64,000 nucleotides of DNA from Balamuthia mandrillaris (taxonomy: Eukaryota), in NCBI GenBank assembly GCA_031835245.2, contig JAVKOQ020000018.1, positions 62,001-126,000 on the forward strand, written 5' to 3'. A program made the position numbers and the translations under genes. A model generated the notes under the pieces. It saw only the letters and a program-made list of their open reading frames with translations. It was not told the DNA's origin and made no database searches. Shown here piece by piece: positions 12,558 to 28,768 of the stretch (positions are counted from its first letter, which is position 1; every line of letters begins with the position of its first letter).

Positions 12558-13353
12558 CTCCGAAGTCTATAAATTTGGACGAAATACGAGCGAACAAAAC
12601 CCTCAAAGACATTTCATTGGAGTCAGTGTCAAAGTCTACCAACGCACGAGGCGAGGATTGGGAAGAGGGTGAAGGTGAGGTTGATGACTTGGCCAGCTCC
12701 ATTCAGGAGTCGGAAATAGAGCTTCCACCGACCTCTCCTGAATCGGTGGAGCCAATGCCGCCAAACTACGAGAAGCCACCGACGAGAGCTACTGTGTTTC
12801 CCATCAGTATTGCCAAGTTTTGGCACCTCTTCTTTAGCAATGATTCGAATCACGCGGTTGAAGCACACGAAAAAAATGGAGATCATGGTACGATTATTTC
12901 TTTATTTCCTTAATTTATAGTTTTATCGGTGTTTTCTCCACTAACAATATATATCAAACACAAGACATAACAATGGGGCAATGGACAAAAAGCGAAGAAG
13001 GAGGAAAGCCTCATCTGGTCCGGATTTTGGACGTGTCTCTGGATGTCAAATCGAAGATTGTTAAAGGCGTTTGTAAAGTTCACCAAACTCAAAAAGCATA
13101 CATGACTCCTGAAGGGTTGGCTTTCTTCCTATTCTTTGTGCCTTATCGTCTATCTTGTTTTTTTCAGAATCTAATTTTTCTTGTCACAAAACAGAGTATT
13201 GATAATGTTTACATGTTCCGAACAATCGGGGGTGCCTTACTCTGCTGACTTTAATTCAAGGTCCATGTGGGAATGCAAGGAGATGGATGGCCAAACAGAC
13301 GTTAAAATTTGGGGCTACATCGAATGGAAAACAAAACCTCCCCTTGTTAAATG

Positions 13354-13394
<41 letters not shown>

Positions 13395-14108
13395 GTTCTC
13401 CTTCTTCTGTCCTCTTTTTCTTTCTTTCGTTCTTTGATCATGCTTCTTGTTAACCCTTCTTAAAACCAAACAAACAAACAAACAAAAAAAGCAATTGTCG
13501 AAAAAGGGTCCATCAAAGGAATGACGGACTACACCGACCTATGGATGGAAATGGCCTACCAAAAGCTCAAACCCAAACCACGACGCGGTAGCTCCTCCAC
13601 CAATGGCGAAAACTCTGCCGAAGAGGATGAAGACACATCACCTTCCTCCGCCTCCTCTGCTGCTCCCGGTGCTTCTTCTCATCCCTCTCGTTCTCATCAC
13701 CATCAACACAAGCCAACAAGCGGAATTGCCTCGCTCTTCAACGCAGCCCCGCTGATGGTGGTGGGCCTGGCCACCTTCATCTTCTTCATGCTGGGCATGA
13801 GCTTTGTGCTGTGGATGCAAATGAACAGCGTGCACAACCAAAACCTGTTCCTGTTGCAGGAGATCGAGTTGATGAAACAAATCGCAGCCGCCACGACCAC
13901 CGCACCGCCACAAACGATCCATTTTCCTTCCACAGACGCGGAGGAACTAATGGGGACAGCAAAACTGGCGAGCGACGATGCGGAATGGGCGGCCATCATC
14001 TCGCAGCTGGAGGCCAAGTTTTCCTCGTTCGAGTTGGAGAAGCAACAGCTCGTCCAGAGATTCAAGGATGAGATCCTCGAGTTGGTCAAGAGGAAGACTC
14101 AGGTTTAA
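11388..14108 (+). CDS. GRAM + VASt (StART-like) + TM lipid-transfer protein, LAM/Aster/GRAMD1 family (multi-exon)
   Basis: GRAM-like YCS...AYGNLYIFPNFVCFAS; VASt FPISIAKFWHLFFSND, GVPYSADF, WGYIEWKTKP; C-terminal TM helix and coiled coil. Confidence 0.8.
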
Positions 14109-14337
14109 CAAAAACAGAAGAAAGAAGAAAAGAAGAAAAGAAGAAAAAAGAAGAAAGAAGAAGAAGGAGATAAAGAACAAGAAGACACAAACACAGCAGA
14201 AAAAAAATGTAGGTTTGTTTTATACAAAGAAAAAAACAACTCTTGTAGAACGTGTTGTTTGTTATTCAGTTTACTGGATGGAGAGAGAAAGAGAAGCGAC
14301 CATAGAGAAAAAGAGGCGTTGCGCATTTGAGTGTGGA

Positions 14338-17300
14338 TTATTCGAAGTTGACCACTTCGGCAGAACTGGATATATCTTTCTTGCTCCTTCTCCTCTGCAC
14401 CAGCACCACCGTCACGATCACCACAACCACCGCCAACACCACCACTCCCAACACCACCGGCAACACAATCACCAACACTCCATCGTCATCCTCCTCATCT
14501 GCATCCTCTCCACCATCACCATCTTCACCTCCTTCGGACGCCAACAAAACGGACACATCAGGATCGTACCTCAGAGAGTGTTGGAAATGAGGCAAAGTGA
14601 ACACAACTTCCACATCTGATGCTTCTTGCTGCGAGGCCTCCACCACCACTCCCACCTGCAATGCTGTTGCAAAGTCCTCCTCCGCCCAAGCGATCGACAG
14701 CACGCGCAACAAAGCCGAACTGTGCTCGGCCTCCAGCTCGAACTCCTGTTGAATGCTCTCCTCCCCTTCCTCGTCTTTGTTCTCGGTGATGCTCAACCAT
14801 TGGGCCTCTCCTGTGCGAAGGGTGGTGTGCAGCTCCAACACGTTGTTCTCATCGGCAAACGGCCAATCCTCCAACACCAACGTCCACTTCAAGCTGTCCA
14901 CCCCAAACTCCAAAACCGATCCGTCTGGCAGCTCCACTGCTCCTCCGGCTTCAACCGCTCGGAACCGCACTTCCATTCTTGTGGAGGCCCCATGAGACAC
15001 GTTCAAGTTGGTGGAGAAGACCGTCTCTCCAGAGGCAGAATCCACGACATTGTCCCACATCACCTCGGCCAGAGAAACGGTGAGCACCGCTTGTTCAGAA
15101 GGGTCCTTCTCCACAAACTCCAAGAAGAAGGCTCGAAGAGACGCAGTTGCGCCAGGGTTTTGGGGATCATCATCAGGAGGAGCAAAGGCTCCAAACACAA
15201 AGTCAGGGGTGCCCTCTGGGAAAGCCACAGCCGCGGAGGTCAAACGCAATGCAGAGGTCACCACCACATCCATTTTGAAGTTGTCGGATTGAAGAACGTG
15301 GGACGGAGTTTCCCCAGCAGTGGGTTCAATCATCACGGAGAATGACTTGGTGGAAGAGGTGTCTTGGATGGAGAGGGTGTAGTCTGCTTGCGATTGTCCT
15401 GGTTGCACGTTTATCACGTTTTCCTCCAAGGAAACAGAAGGATCGCCGATGGGCAGGCCGTTTGTGGTGAGCTTCAACGGAAACTGTCCCTCTGGAAGAG
15501 GATCGAAACGAACAGAGAATCGCTCTGGTCTGGCCTCGAAGAGGACCACTTTCTTCTGTTTGTTCTTGTCGGAGACCACCAGGTGGGTTGGGTTGGGTTG
15601 CCATGCAGCCGTAGGGAGGATGGTCATTTGGCAGTCCCTCTGGCCCAGCTTCCATGGACCCCAGACAGCTGAGGAAGATTCACAAAGGAAGACAGGCACG
15701 TTGGAAGGTTGCCCAGTGTGAAGGGTGTAAGAGAGGATCAGCTCTGAAGATCGCAGGCTGAAGAGTGCCCCATCCTCTGTGGTCCAAAACAAATCAGAAA
15801 AGAGCGACACAACTCAACGGCAATAAAGAAAATATGTGGCGTACCAGCTATAACGTTCCCATCCAACAACGCAACAGGCCCGTTGCTGTACCATTTGGAA
15901 GAGTCCAGTTGGACTGGTGATAAGGTCAAAAGTCAGTCATTTTTGAGAGGCAAGGACTACACATGAACAGGATACGTACCAAGGAAAGAGCCACTGTTGT
16001 CAGCAAAGCTAACTCTCCCATTTTGTAGCCATTCAGCATTCAACAGTTCTACAGCTAAACCAAGAAAAAGAAGCTCAATGGTCGAATGATAATTATTGGA
16101 GAAGACAAAGATAGGTGAGAAGTGAACTTACATCGATTTCCACCTTCAAAGGCAACCTCACCATCTGAAATCCATTTGCTGTGGGACAAATAAACCCCTT
16201 TACACAGAGAAACCAAAGTGAAGATAAGCTTACTAGCAGAGAAATTATAGGAGAAGGAAAAGGAAAAGGAGGAGTAGGGAGGAGGAGTGAGAAGGAGAAG
16301 GATTGAGAAGAAGTCAGATACGTTACCTCTTTCAGGCGTACCCACAAACTTCACAAGACCTTTGCTGTGCCAGTGTGCGTCAGGGCTAACTACAACCGCA
16401 GCGTTGGCTTCACAACCCGAACGGAAGAACGAAAACCAGAGATTTAACAAAACAAACAACAATAATAAACGTATAAACGTGAGCAATGGACAAGAAAGAA
16501 AGAGAGAACGCACGAATTAGTTGATCTCCATGAATGATCACATTGTTGTTGCTCTCCCACAACGCCCCGTCCTTCAATATGACTTACCGAGTAATGAAAT
16601 ATACGTTATCAGCATACAGAGAGCGAGAGAAAGAGAGAAAGAGAGAGAATCAGAGACTAAGAAGGCATCGGCATGCTAACCAGCATTTGATGAAGGACCA
16701 ACGGCAAGGTTGTCGGTCGTAAGGATAGCTCCTTCCCCCATGCTGATGGCCGCTTTGTCAACGTTTTGGATGTAAACGTTTTGCAGCGTGAGCGAAGTGT
16801 TCTCACGCATTTCAAGGACGGCTGACCATGTACAAGGTCCTGCTAGCCACACGTTGCTAAAGCTCCAACTCGCCGAAATACCACCAGTGGTAGTACACCC
16901 TTGAATAACAACGTCAGACGGCTGTGCTCCTTCTCCACTGTATTTTTTTTGTGTTTAGTTACAAAACGTTAAAAAGAACGAAGAAGAAGAAGAAGAAAAA
17001 GAAGAAGAAAAAGAAGAAGAAGAAGAACGAAGAACAAGAACAAGAAGAAGCAGAAGGAGATGAAGAACAAGAGTCAACAATAAGTTCAAAAAGCAGTAGT
17101 CAAACTTACATAATTATCACATAATAAGTGGGTGAAAGTTCTGAGTACAAGGAAGAGTAATTGTTGGGAGTAAGGTGCAACACAACGGGTTCGTTTACAA
17201 CACCGACTTAACGTCACAACAAAACACAACAAACCAAACATAAATAACTGTTAGAAAACTTGGACGTAACAAAGGGTAAAAATAAGCAAGGTTTTTGGTT

Positions 17301-17554
17301 TAGTACCAACGGCCTCGGCAATTGTGCTCGAGCAAGCACCTTCTGCTTCCGGAGGACAGCTCGTTTGGTTGGCAACGATCCACACTTCTGTTATTATTTG
17401 AAAATAAAAAACGGGGCGTTAGAGGACACAGAAAAAGAAAAAAAATAGCGAGTTCAAAAGAGGAATGTTTACCTCGGACCAAGGCATCAGCAGCAAACAG
17501 GTTGAGAGCACCTCCGGCCCAAAGCGCAAGCCACAGCAGCAACGGGAGCTTCAT
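14338..17554 (-). CDS. Type I membrane surface protein with ComC-supersandwich-like membrane-proximal domain (multi-exon)
   Basis: Signal peptide MKLPLLLWLALW; SLKWTLVLEDWPFADENNVLEL...LPHF...YDPDVSVLL resembles the Dictyostelium ComC-type domain; TM helix followed by RRRSKK. Confidence 0.65.
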
Positions 17555-17736
17555 TCTTTTGTTTGTTCTATTTTTTCAATGCTCGTCAAAACTGGATGGT
17601 GCACTGAAACTGGGGCATTTGTAGTTTGGCTATAAAGCAAGATGGGGCGTAACGAATCATTGAGCGATCTGCTTAATTATGAAATAAGTTTATCATTATG
17701 GAGAAAGATCCTGTAAGGGCCTGCGCCTTGTAGGGA

Positions 17737-18489
17737 TTAGCCAAGCCACCGCGCCACCTCCGTATGGCCACGGAGGACAGCAACGTTGTGGCACGATGCT
17801 TTGTCCCAGGGGCACCCGTTCTCAACGGCCCATTGCAAGACCTCCAGATGTCCTCCAGCAGCTGCCTGGTGGCAGGTCCAATGGTCCCAAGGACAACGGT
17901 TCCTTCTGAGCCACTTGAGCACCTCCAAGTGGCCTCTGGATGCTGCCGCAATGGCGCATAAAGGCAGCCCGTGCTGGCTTGGCCAGGGAAAGCCCTCTGC
18001 ACGAGCCCATTGCAGTATTTCCAAATGGCCATGCCTGGCTGCTTCTGCCATCCACCCCGTGGACGTGTTCTTCCTGCAGATGTGTCGCTGTCGCAACCAC
18101 TTAAGCACTTTCAGGTGCCCGTGGGTAGCTGCCGCGAAGCACACCAAAGTAGCATCGTATGGGCAATAGGGCCAGGAGAACAGCCAGCGGAGCACCTCCA
18201 GCTGGCCGTTGGCAGCGGCAGCCACGCTAGAGTTCTCGCCCAAGCGGTAGCCGTTCTGCAACGACCACCGCAACAGGGACATGGAGCTGCAGGCTCCGCT
18301 CACAGAAAGCTTGCTTCGTAGTTGTTCGGGACAGCAGGAGTACCACCGCTTGCAGGTCCTGGCAGCTATTGCCACCATATCTTTGGGCAGCAATTCAAAG
18401 GTGTAACTAAGAAGCTCGTCAGGTAACTCCTCCTCCACCCAACACTTGTCAACGACTTCTTCGTCCTCTTTGCGTTGCATGCATGCCAT
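17737..18489 (-). CDS. F-box + ankyrin-repeat protein (CPW-type repeats), intronless
   Basis: LPDELLSYTFELL...ARTCKRW F-box; repeated AAxxGHLEVLKWL...CPWD units. Confidence 0.85.
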   Translation of the reverse strand: MACMQRKEDEEVVDKCWVEEELPDELLSYTFELLPKDMVAIAARTCKRWYSCCPEQLRSKLSVSGACSSMSLLRWSLQNGYRLGENSSVAAAANGQLEVLRWLFSWPYCPYDATLVCFAAATHGHLKVLKWLRQRHICRKNTSTGWMAEAARHGHLEILQWARAEGFPWPSQHGLPLCAIAAASRGHLEVLKWLRRNRCPWDHWTCHQAAAGGHLEVLQWAVENGCPWDKASCHNVAVLRGHTEVARWLG

Positions 18490-18727
18490 TCGTTTTGCCT
18501 CCTAGCTTTCTTTCTTACGCCTCTATGGTGTCGACACTGATCACCTCACGCATATAATGAACAGTTTTGTTTTAAGTTGACCGCCTAAGAGACGGAGGTA
18601 ATATGTTAATATAGGTTCCTTCACAACGGACCATGTGACCCAAGGTAATGCAATTTTGGACCGCTTCGGGGTGTTCATTCCCCTTTGAGGGATTTATTGT
18701 AACAGCACAAACCAAACGTGAAAGAGG

Positions 18728-19684
18728 ATGCAGGCGCTCTTCCTTTGTGTGTCCCTCGTGTACGCGTTGGCAATAGTGGTCCAAGGCCAAGGGCTTGCTA
18801 GTGGTTGGAGCAAAGCGCATGCTGACCTAAGGAATTCAAATGTGCACCCTTCGACGGGTGGCATCCGGTCACTCCACAATACAGAAGTTCGTAATGCTTT
18901 GTATCACTTCCTTTGTTATTTTACCGACTAACTCTTGTTTTGTTTTGTCTTTTGGTAGTATGTTGCGTTATTCGAGGCGGAGTGGAAGAACGGAGGAGCA
19001 GCGCATGACCAACATGGCAATAGTTACTTCCCAGCCATTAAAACCCTCTATCAGCTCAACCGCACAGGCGACTGGAACTCCGCCCAGCTACAAACAGCGG
19101 AGCACTTTGGAACGCCTGCACTGAGTGACGACGGCAAAGTGCTGCTCCTCTCCAAATCCTCCTTGGATTTGCTCGATCTGGATTCTCACACTGTCCTCTC
19201 TACCTCGTGGTCTCCGCTCGAATGGACTCTACATGGGTCCTCCGCAACTGTAGGTAAGTTGTTTGGTACAAGAGCTAAAAGGAATTCTAATACATAACAA
19301 AACCGTAAAGTGGAAGGAATGATCTACGTGCTAAACTCCAATGGAGAGTTGATGGCCTTTGATTTCGACCTGCAGCTGCAAGCCTCCAATGGTGCTGCTA
19401 GGCTATGGCCTCAAGTGGACAATTTTGTGGAGTTCTGCACACCTGCAACGGACGGGCAGGGCAACTTTTTCTACTTCTCCGAGTCGGATGAAAGCGGGAC
19501 GGTCTTCGCTGTTCGGCTTCCCGAGAATGAGCTTCGGTGGAACCGTTCCATGACTGAGCTGGATCCTCTTCCCTCTTTGAACGGCTTGTACAACTTGGGA
19601 GGTGCTCCTTCTCTCTCAGAAGACAGCGGTCTCCTGTTTGTGGTTTGTATCAAGGCTGTCTTGTTCTTCTCTCCTCATCTCGTC

Positions 19685-19728
<44 letters not shown>

Positions 19729-20308
19729 ATCTATCTATACTTATGGTTCGTTTGCACCATGAAGCCATTGGTTTTCGGTGGGGTGGTGGCGTTGGACGCA
19801 AGCAATGGGGAAGTGGTCTGGGCCACTGCCATAGGCGATGGGTATTATTACGCGGAGAAACAGGTCCCAACTATAAGTCCCTTGGATGGGTTTGCCTCAC
19901 TCTCTGTCCCTATTTTCTACGCCGATTGCGTTCACTGACACGAGCCTTGTCCCACAACTCTCAGAACAATCGTCACCCATTGGCAAGAATCCCAGAATGA
20001 CTCCTTGGTGGTGGTTGGTCTCGACCCTCACACCGGGGAACAAGTGCATTTTCTGAAAGCATTTGAAGGGTCAATCTCTTCAAGCTCGTTCAACTCCCCA
20101 GGAGCAACCTCAGCGGATGGAGTGTACTACCTTTCCGTTCCAGACCTCATTGTGGCTGTGGACTTGGAGAACTTTGAGGTGATGTGGCATTTTAGCGAAA
20201 CCAAACCTGTTAGCTTTCAATCCATTTCCATCGCAGCCGATGGAAGCGTTTACTTCCCTCTGAACTGGGAGTTCATGGCAGTGTTGCGTGAGTAACTTCT
20301 TTAACAAC

Positions 20309-20347
<39 letters not shown>

Positions 20348-20771
20348 TTCTTCGTGTTGTTTCCTTATCTTTTGTTAACTCACAGGGTGCAAGGCAAACT
20401 TCGTCCTGGATGCCACGGGCACCTGCAGCAACGAATGTGCCCACCCAAAGGCCAGGCTCATTGGCAGGAACCTTTGTGGCTACGACTGCGGTGACTCAGT
20501 CCAAGTCCTCTTTCCTTTGGTGGAGCCTCGATGTGGCGCTTGTCAAGCAGGCGAGTACTGGTCTACGGAGGAGCTTGTGTGTCAGTACTGTCCTGCGGGC
20601 TTGAGCAGTCCTGCTGGCTCCATCGGCGCAGACTCATGCGTGGAAGATGGCTCAGGGAGCACAAGGGTCTGTTCTTTGTTTGCTCGTTTGCTCCAATAAT
20701 GACCATAAATAACTTGATAACGTGAGAGAGAGAGAGAGAGAGAGCTACAAGCAGCATCAATTGGGGTTGTT

Positions 20772-20775
<4 letters not shown>
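18728..20775 (+). CDS. Secreted PQQ/BamB-like beta-propeller protein with C-terminal Cys-rich repeats (multi-exon)
   Basis: Signal peptide; WSKAHADLRNS, VVALDASNGEVVW, GLDPHTGE, SIAADGSVYF; C-terminal CPPGC...CQAGEYW...CQYCPAG; 3' end approximate. Confidence 0.6.
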
Positions 20776-21847
<1,072 letters not shown>

Positions 21848-22150
21848 TTGTTGCTTCGTGCGTGTGCTATGAGCGAAGTGTAGGGTAGACAAAAAGTAAA
21901 ACACAAAAGTGACGGAAGAGGGAGAGAGAGGAAAAAAAAAGCTTTAACACCGGTAACGTTTAGTGCCTTTTATCCTCTCCTCGCCGTTGTTTTTCTTTTT
22001 CCATTCCGTTTTCTTTCGGTCGTATAACGAATGTGACGCAAGCTATAGATCAAACCAATACCAAATCAAAAAATCTGCTGATCTCAACCATTGATTGGCT
22101 GAAAATCAAAAAACAAGATCGGCAAAAGGATTTGTTTATTCTTTTTTTCT

Positions 22151-22865
22151 TCACTTGGAGAAACAGGCGGACTGCAGGGCCTCCTCGATGTCGGCTTTGG
22201 AGGGGGGGCCGACCTCAAAGTCCACGAACGCCGCGCGTTGCTTCATGACGGTGCAAACGTTCCACGGCCAGAAGCCGACCACCTTGTCAAACAGCCAAGG
22301 AGCGTACAGCCCTTGGCCTTCACCCGCGACGGCGGTGAGGGGCCTCAGCACGAAAGAAGAGCGGTAGTCCTCCTTCTTGCCCTCGCACCTGCTTTCCGGC
22401 CTGCTGTACACGGGGCAGTCCTGGTAGTCCCCGCACTTGACCGTGGCGTTGGACGCGTAGGTGCCGTTGGGGCTGCCCACCGTGTTGGCAAAGTCCACCG
22501 TCCGCAATGCCGTCTCCCCGCTCCAGTAAAACGGGAAGCCCTCCTGGCAGGAGGCCGCCTCGTAGACCTTCTTCTGGCAGCCTTGCCCAGGGAGGACCTT
22601 CCAGGCCGACACCTTGCCCTCCTTGCAGAAGAGGTACTGGTCGATGGGGTAGGGGCTGGTCACCTGCACCCTGCCACGAAAGTTTTGGCCGTCGTAGAAG
22701 ACGCGGGTGAGGGTCAGGGCCGTGGGCTCGCTGCTGGCCACCTCTCGGTAGCTGTACTGCGTGGGGAAACGAGGCGCAGCAGCTGCAACGGGAACCGCCT
22801 GCATCATCATCAGCAGCGACGATGCAGCGGCAAGCAGAAGCAAGACAAGGCTGAGGCTGTTCTTG

Positions 22866-22870
<5 letters not shown>
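22151..22870 (-). CDS. Secreted Cys-containing hypothetical protein, intronless
   Basis: 239-aa ORF with signal peptide and strong GC3 codon bias; PRFPTQYS/VFYDG possibly ependymin-like. Confidence 0.7.
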
Positions 22871-22906
<36 letters not shown>

Positions 22907-23154
22907 TGTTTGGTGTGGTTCTTGTCAAGTCTTTTGTGTGTGTGCGTAGGTAGACGTTTGTTGTCTTTGACCAGAACAACACCAAAAAAAAAACAATGTG
23001 CATGGTGGGAATGGTGGGAATGGTGGGGTAGAAGGAGTAATTAGGGGTGAAGATGAAAAGGAACGTGTGTTATCTTTCTCTCTATCTCTCTCTCGCTGTA
23101 TTTACAGGAACATGGAAACACATAATAACAAGGAAAAAAAAAAAACAAAACTGT

Positions 23155-24467
<1,313 letters not shown>

Positions 24468-24754
24468 CTAGCTGTTTTTTTTTTTTTTGCACCGCTTAGC
24501 TTTCACTCCCAACAACAGAAAGGCCTCTTTTTCGATTGTTTTTCTCCCTCTTCTGTTTCCGTTTTGTTGGTTGCTTTGTTGCTTTTCTTCTGTTTCTGCC
24601 GGGAAATTCCGCGGGCGAATGGATCGACCAATAAATGAATGATCTAAAATTTCAAATCCCCAATCAAAAATCAAAAGTGGTATTGCTTTAAATTAATTAA
24701 AGCAAAAATTTCTGTCGACACCCGGTTGCGGGACAGGAGAACAGAAGCGTTGTT

Positions 24755-25810
24755 TCAGGGGCACCCATTCTCTCTTGCCCACTTCAACACCTCGGAATGT
24801 CCCTTCTCAGCGGCCCACTTGCCCACTCGGCTGTCCCAGGGGCACCCGTGCTCTCTTACCCATTTCAAAACCTCCAGGTGTCCGTTTCTGGCAGCACAAG
24901 CACATGTCTCTTCATTCCACGGGCACCCGTTCTCTCTCGCCCACTGTAACACCCCCAAGTGCCCGTTCCTGGCTGCGCGAGCACATGTCTCTTCATCCCA
25001 AGGACACCCGGTCTCTCTCGCCCACTGCAACACCTCCAAATGTCCATTGGCGGCAGCCATCAAACAAGTCTCCAAACCCCAAAGACACCCGTTTTCTATC
25101 GCGAATTTCAGCACTTCCAGATGTCCATTCGAAGCTGCGGCAGCACAAATGTCTGAGTTACCGAGGAGCGACGCCTGGTTCACCGATTTCAACACTCCCA
25201 AATGGCCGTTCTTGGCAGCGAGGTATACCACGTCTTCATCCGAAGGGCACCCGTTGTTTGTAGCCCAGGCCAGAACTTCCACGTGCCCGTTCTCGGCAGC
25301 ACAGATGCAAGTGTTGCCGTCCCATGGGCACCCGTTTGCCCTTGCCCACTTCAGCACATCCAAATGGCCACCCTCAGCGGCGGAGGCGCACGTCCACGCG
25401 TCCCAGGGACAGCCATTGTAATACGCCCACTTCAGCACCTCCAAGTGCCCGTTCCGTGCTGCAGCTTGGCAGATCCACTCGTTCCATGCACAGCCATGGC
25501 AACGCGCCCAACGCAGCGCTTCCACACAACCGTTGGCTGCGGCTTGCTGGCAGGTCCACAGGTCCCAATAATAGCCCTGTTGAAGGCAGGCCCACTGCAA
25601 GGAAGCGAATGACGAGCAGGCCCATCGAATGGAGAACTTGTTCCTGAGGTGAGAAGGGCTGCAGGAGTACCAGCGGCGGCTGGTCCTGGAGGTCGGCGCA
25701 ACGCTCTCCTTCGGCACCCAAGATAGAATAAGGCAAAACACCTCATCTGGCAAAAGGTCCACCACACTAAAAGTCATTTCCTCGCTTTCGCCATCCTTCA
25801 CAGTTTGCAT
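24755..25810 (-). CDS. F-box + ankyrin-repeat protein (CPW-type repeats), intronless
   Basis: LLPDEVFCLILSWV F-box; about 11 TCxxAAxNGHLEVLKWARENGCPW repeats. Confidence 0.88.
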   Translation of the reverse strand: MQTVKDGESEEMTFSVVDLLPDEVFCLILSWVPKESVAPTSRTSRRWYSCSPSHLRNKFSIRWACSSFASLQWACLQQGYYWDLWTCQQAAANGCVEALRWARCHGCAWNEWICQAAARNGHLEVLKWAYYNGCPWDAWTCASAAEGGHLDVLKWARANGCPWDGNTCICAAENGHVEVLAWATNNGCPSDEDVVYLAAKNGHLGVLKSVNQASLLGNSDICAAAASNGHLEVLKFAIENGCLWGLETCLMAAANGHLEVLQWARETGCPWDEETCARAARNGHLGVLQWARENGCPWNEETCACAARNGHLEVLKWVREHGCPWDSRVGKWAAEKGHSEVLKWARENGCP

Positions 25811-26295
25811 TGAAACTTGCTCTTGCGTTTTTGTAGTAGCATAAAGAAAAGAAAAGCGAGAGGTGGCAACTGTAGAAAAAGCAGCGGGGCGGTTCCTCAA
25901 TGTTTCCTGTTCTTTTCTTCAAATGTCCATGGAGTGAGAACGGAACGGGAAAAATAAGAAAAACGCAGGAAAAAAAATGAAAGAAAAGTTCAAACTTGGG
26001 CACGAGTCTATTTTGTTTTGCAGTGTTTCCAGGCTCCCCCCTTCTGTTCCATCGCCACGTGAGCGGAGTATGCCCGCACACCCATCCCAGGCGTCAGGGA
26101 GATCTTGGCCCCCAAAGCTGGGATGCCTCGCGTCATTCAAGAATGATAAGAATTCAAAGAATTTTAAAATATGTCGACAAATTATTTAAGGCATGCAAAG
26201 AATGAATTGATTTCTGTCGACAAGTTCATTTTTTTTTGTTTAAAGGAAAAAAATAGAGAGAGAGAGAGAAAGAGCGAAAGTGAGAAGAGAGAGAG

Positions 26296-28724
26296 ATGAC
26301 TACGACACTACGGAGCGGCCTTCCGCTTTTATTTTTGGTGGTCTGCGGCCAGCTCCTGGCGCATGTGGTGGTGGCGGCGGCGGCGCAGGGCGAAGTCTAC
26401 GGCTTTGGAGGGTTCGTCAAGGCCTCCGCCGACCTCATGCGCAGCGCCGAGGACCGCAAGCTGGACTACTCCCTCATTAAAGTGGAGCTCCTCACCGAGC
26501 CGGGAGGCATCGTCAAGGACGTGGCCGAGTGCGCGCCCAACGGCTATTACTTCCTGCCCATCTATGACAAAGGAACTTTCAGGCTTCGCATCCGAGGCCC
26601 CGAGGGCTGGCATTTTGGTTCGTTACCCTTCTTTTTTTTTTCTCTCCCTCAAAATCACACATTTGATTAAACTTTCCCTCACTCGTTTGCTTTTTTTTTT
26701 CTCACTCTCTCCCTCACTCACGCTCTGTCCCCCTCGCAGCTCCTGAATCTATTCTTGTGGATGACACTACCTCAGAAGATGTCAACTTTGAGTTCACTGG
26801 CTTCACTCTTTCCGGCAAGGTATAAAAAAAAACGCTTGTTCTCTCTTCTCTATTTTTTTTCTTCCCCTTCAACCATGCTTGCTCTTCTCACTTCGCTTCT
26901 TCCTTTCTGTGATTGTTTTTTTTTTGGTTAAAAAAGGTGGTAGGCTCTCGCAACAAGGAGAGCTGCGCGAGTGAGGACGTTGGCCCGGAGGGCGTCACCA
27001 TCACATTGGTCGACAAGGAGAGCGGCAAGGAGTTGACCACGACCACCACCGCCAAAGGAGGCAGCTACATCTTTGAGAACGTCTTCCCTGGCACCTATTC
27101 TCTCAAAGCATCTCATCCCTCTTGGCTCTTCTCTTTGGTACATTGCTCCTCCTTTCTCTTATGTTTGCCCGCTTTTTTTTTAACACTGTGCTCCCTTTTT
27201 TCCAAACTTAAAGGACGAGACAGTGGTAGAATTGGAGTGGGACAACGTGGTCGTAGGCAAAGACTTTGGTATCAAGGGCTACGGCCTCACAGGCTCCGTT
27301 ATGAGCAAGGAGGACAACCAACAAGGACGTCCTGAGCCTGTAGCTGGCGTCGACTTTCTCCTTTATTCTGCCGCCAATGAGAAGTCCGTGAGTGTCCACT
27401 GCGATCCTCCCACCGTCAGACCCCCAAATGGTATTTCCTCTGCAGTTTTTTCTTTTGAGACCGATTATTATTCACTAACGCTGTTCCTTGTTTGCCTTAT
27501 CTCGTTTTCTCTGTTCTTTTACTCGAGAAGACCCAAGGACGCCCTTGTGCGGAGCGGTCTCGGACGAGCATGGTCATTTTGTCTTTAACGGCATTCCTTG
27601 TGGCCGCTACACTGTTGTTCCCTATTACAAGAGTGCCGATACCATGTTTGACTTGCTGCCCGCTCGTCAAGATGTTTCTGTCTTGCAAGGTACTTCTATC
27701 ACCCAAAGAAATACTTTCTTCTGTCGTTTGTATATTTCTGCGTCGTTAGTTATGTTATTTGTTTTTTCTATCTTTTTTTGTTTAAATCTATGTTCTGCTT
27801 TGGCAGCTCTATTTTTTGGTGGTTAATAACAAAATAAACAACAGGGGATGCTACACTGGAGACTCCTTTCCATGTATCTGGCTTTTCTGTCAGCGGAAGT
27901 GTTGTTGATCAAGAGGGCAAAGGTATAGAGGGGGTCAGCATTATCGTGAACGGCAAAGCAAGCGCAGTCACTGATAAACAAGGGTTAGTTCATCCGCGTT
28001 CTCTATCTTTTTTGTTCCTCACACATGGTTTGCTTACTTTATTTTAGTCTCTTTACTCTTGAGAAGATGAAGACAGGAAATTACGACATTGAAGCACAGA
28101 AAGAGCACGTTTTCTTCGAGACATTGCGTGACTACCGCGTTTCTCCACAGTCTGCCCGTCTTCCTGCCATTACCGCCACAAGGTTTGTTTCACTCGTTCT
28201 CAGCCTCTCTGCTTGTCTCTTTCATTTCAATACTGACTTGTGGTGTATGACAGCTACCATTTGTGCGGGCACATCACCATCGATAACCTTCCTTCAGGTT
28301 TGACACCTGCTTCCCATAGAGAAGTTGTCCTTGTCGCCACTGAAGGCAAAGAGCAGCGCACGTAAGTCTTCTTTTCCGCTTTTATTGTTGTTTGCTTATT
28401 TTTCTTCGTGGTTGTTTTATGAAGCTCGACGGACCCGTCAGGCCACTTTTGCTTCAAAGTACAACCGGGAACCTATCAAGTGACTCCTCGTCTTCTTCCT
28501 GAAGAAGAGAAGGCAGGACTCTTATTGAGTCCTCCCACCCGCAAAGTGGCCCTCAACAAAGCGCCTGTGTTGGACATTGGCTTTGGACAGGCTCTCTTGA
28601 CAGTGACTGGCGTTGTGCGGTGTATCGAATCGCCGTGCGACTCGTCCATTTCCATTATGCTCACATCTGTTGATCGACCGAATTATATGATGACAACCGG
28701 TCTTGGTGTTGGTATTACAGGTTT

Positions 28725-28768
<44 letters not shown>
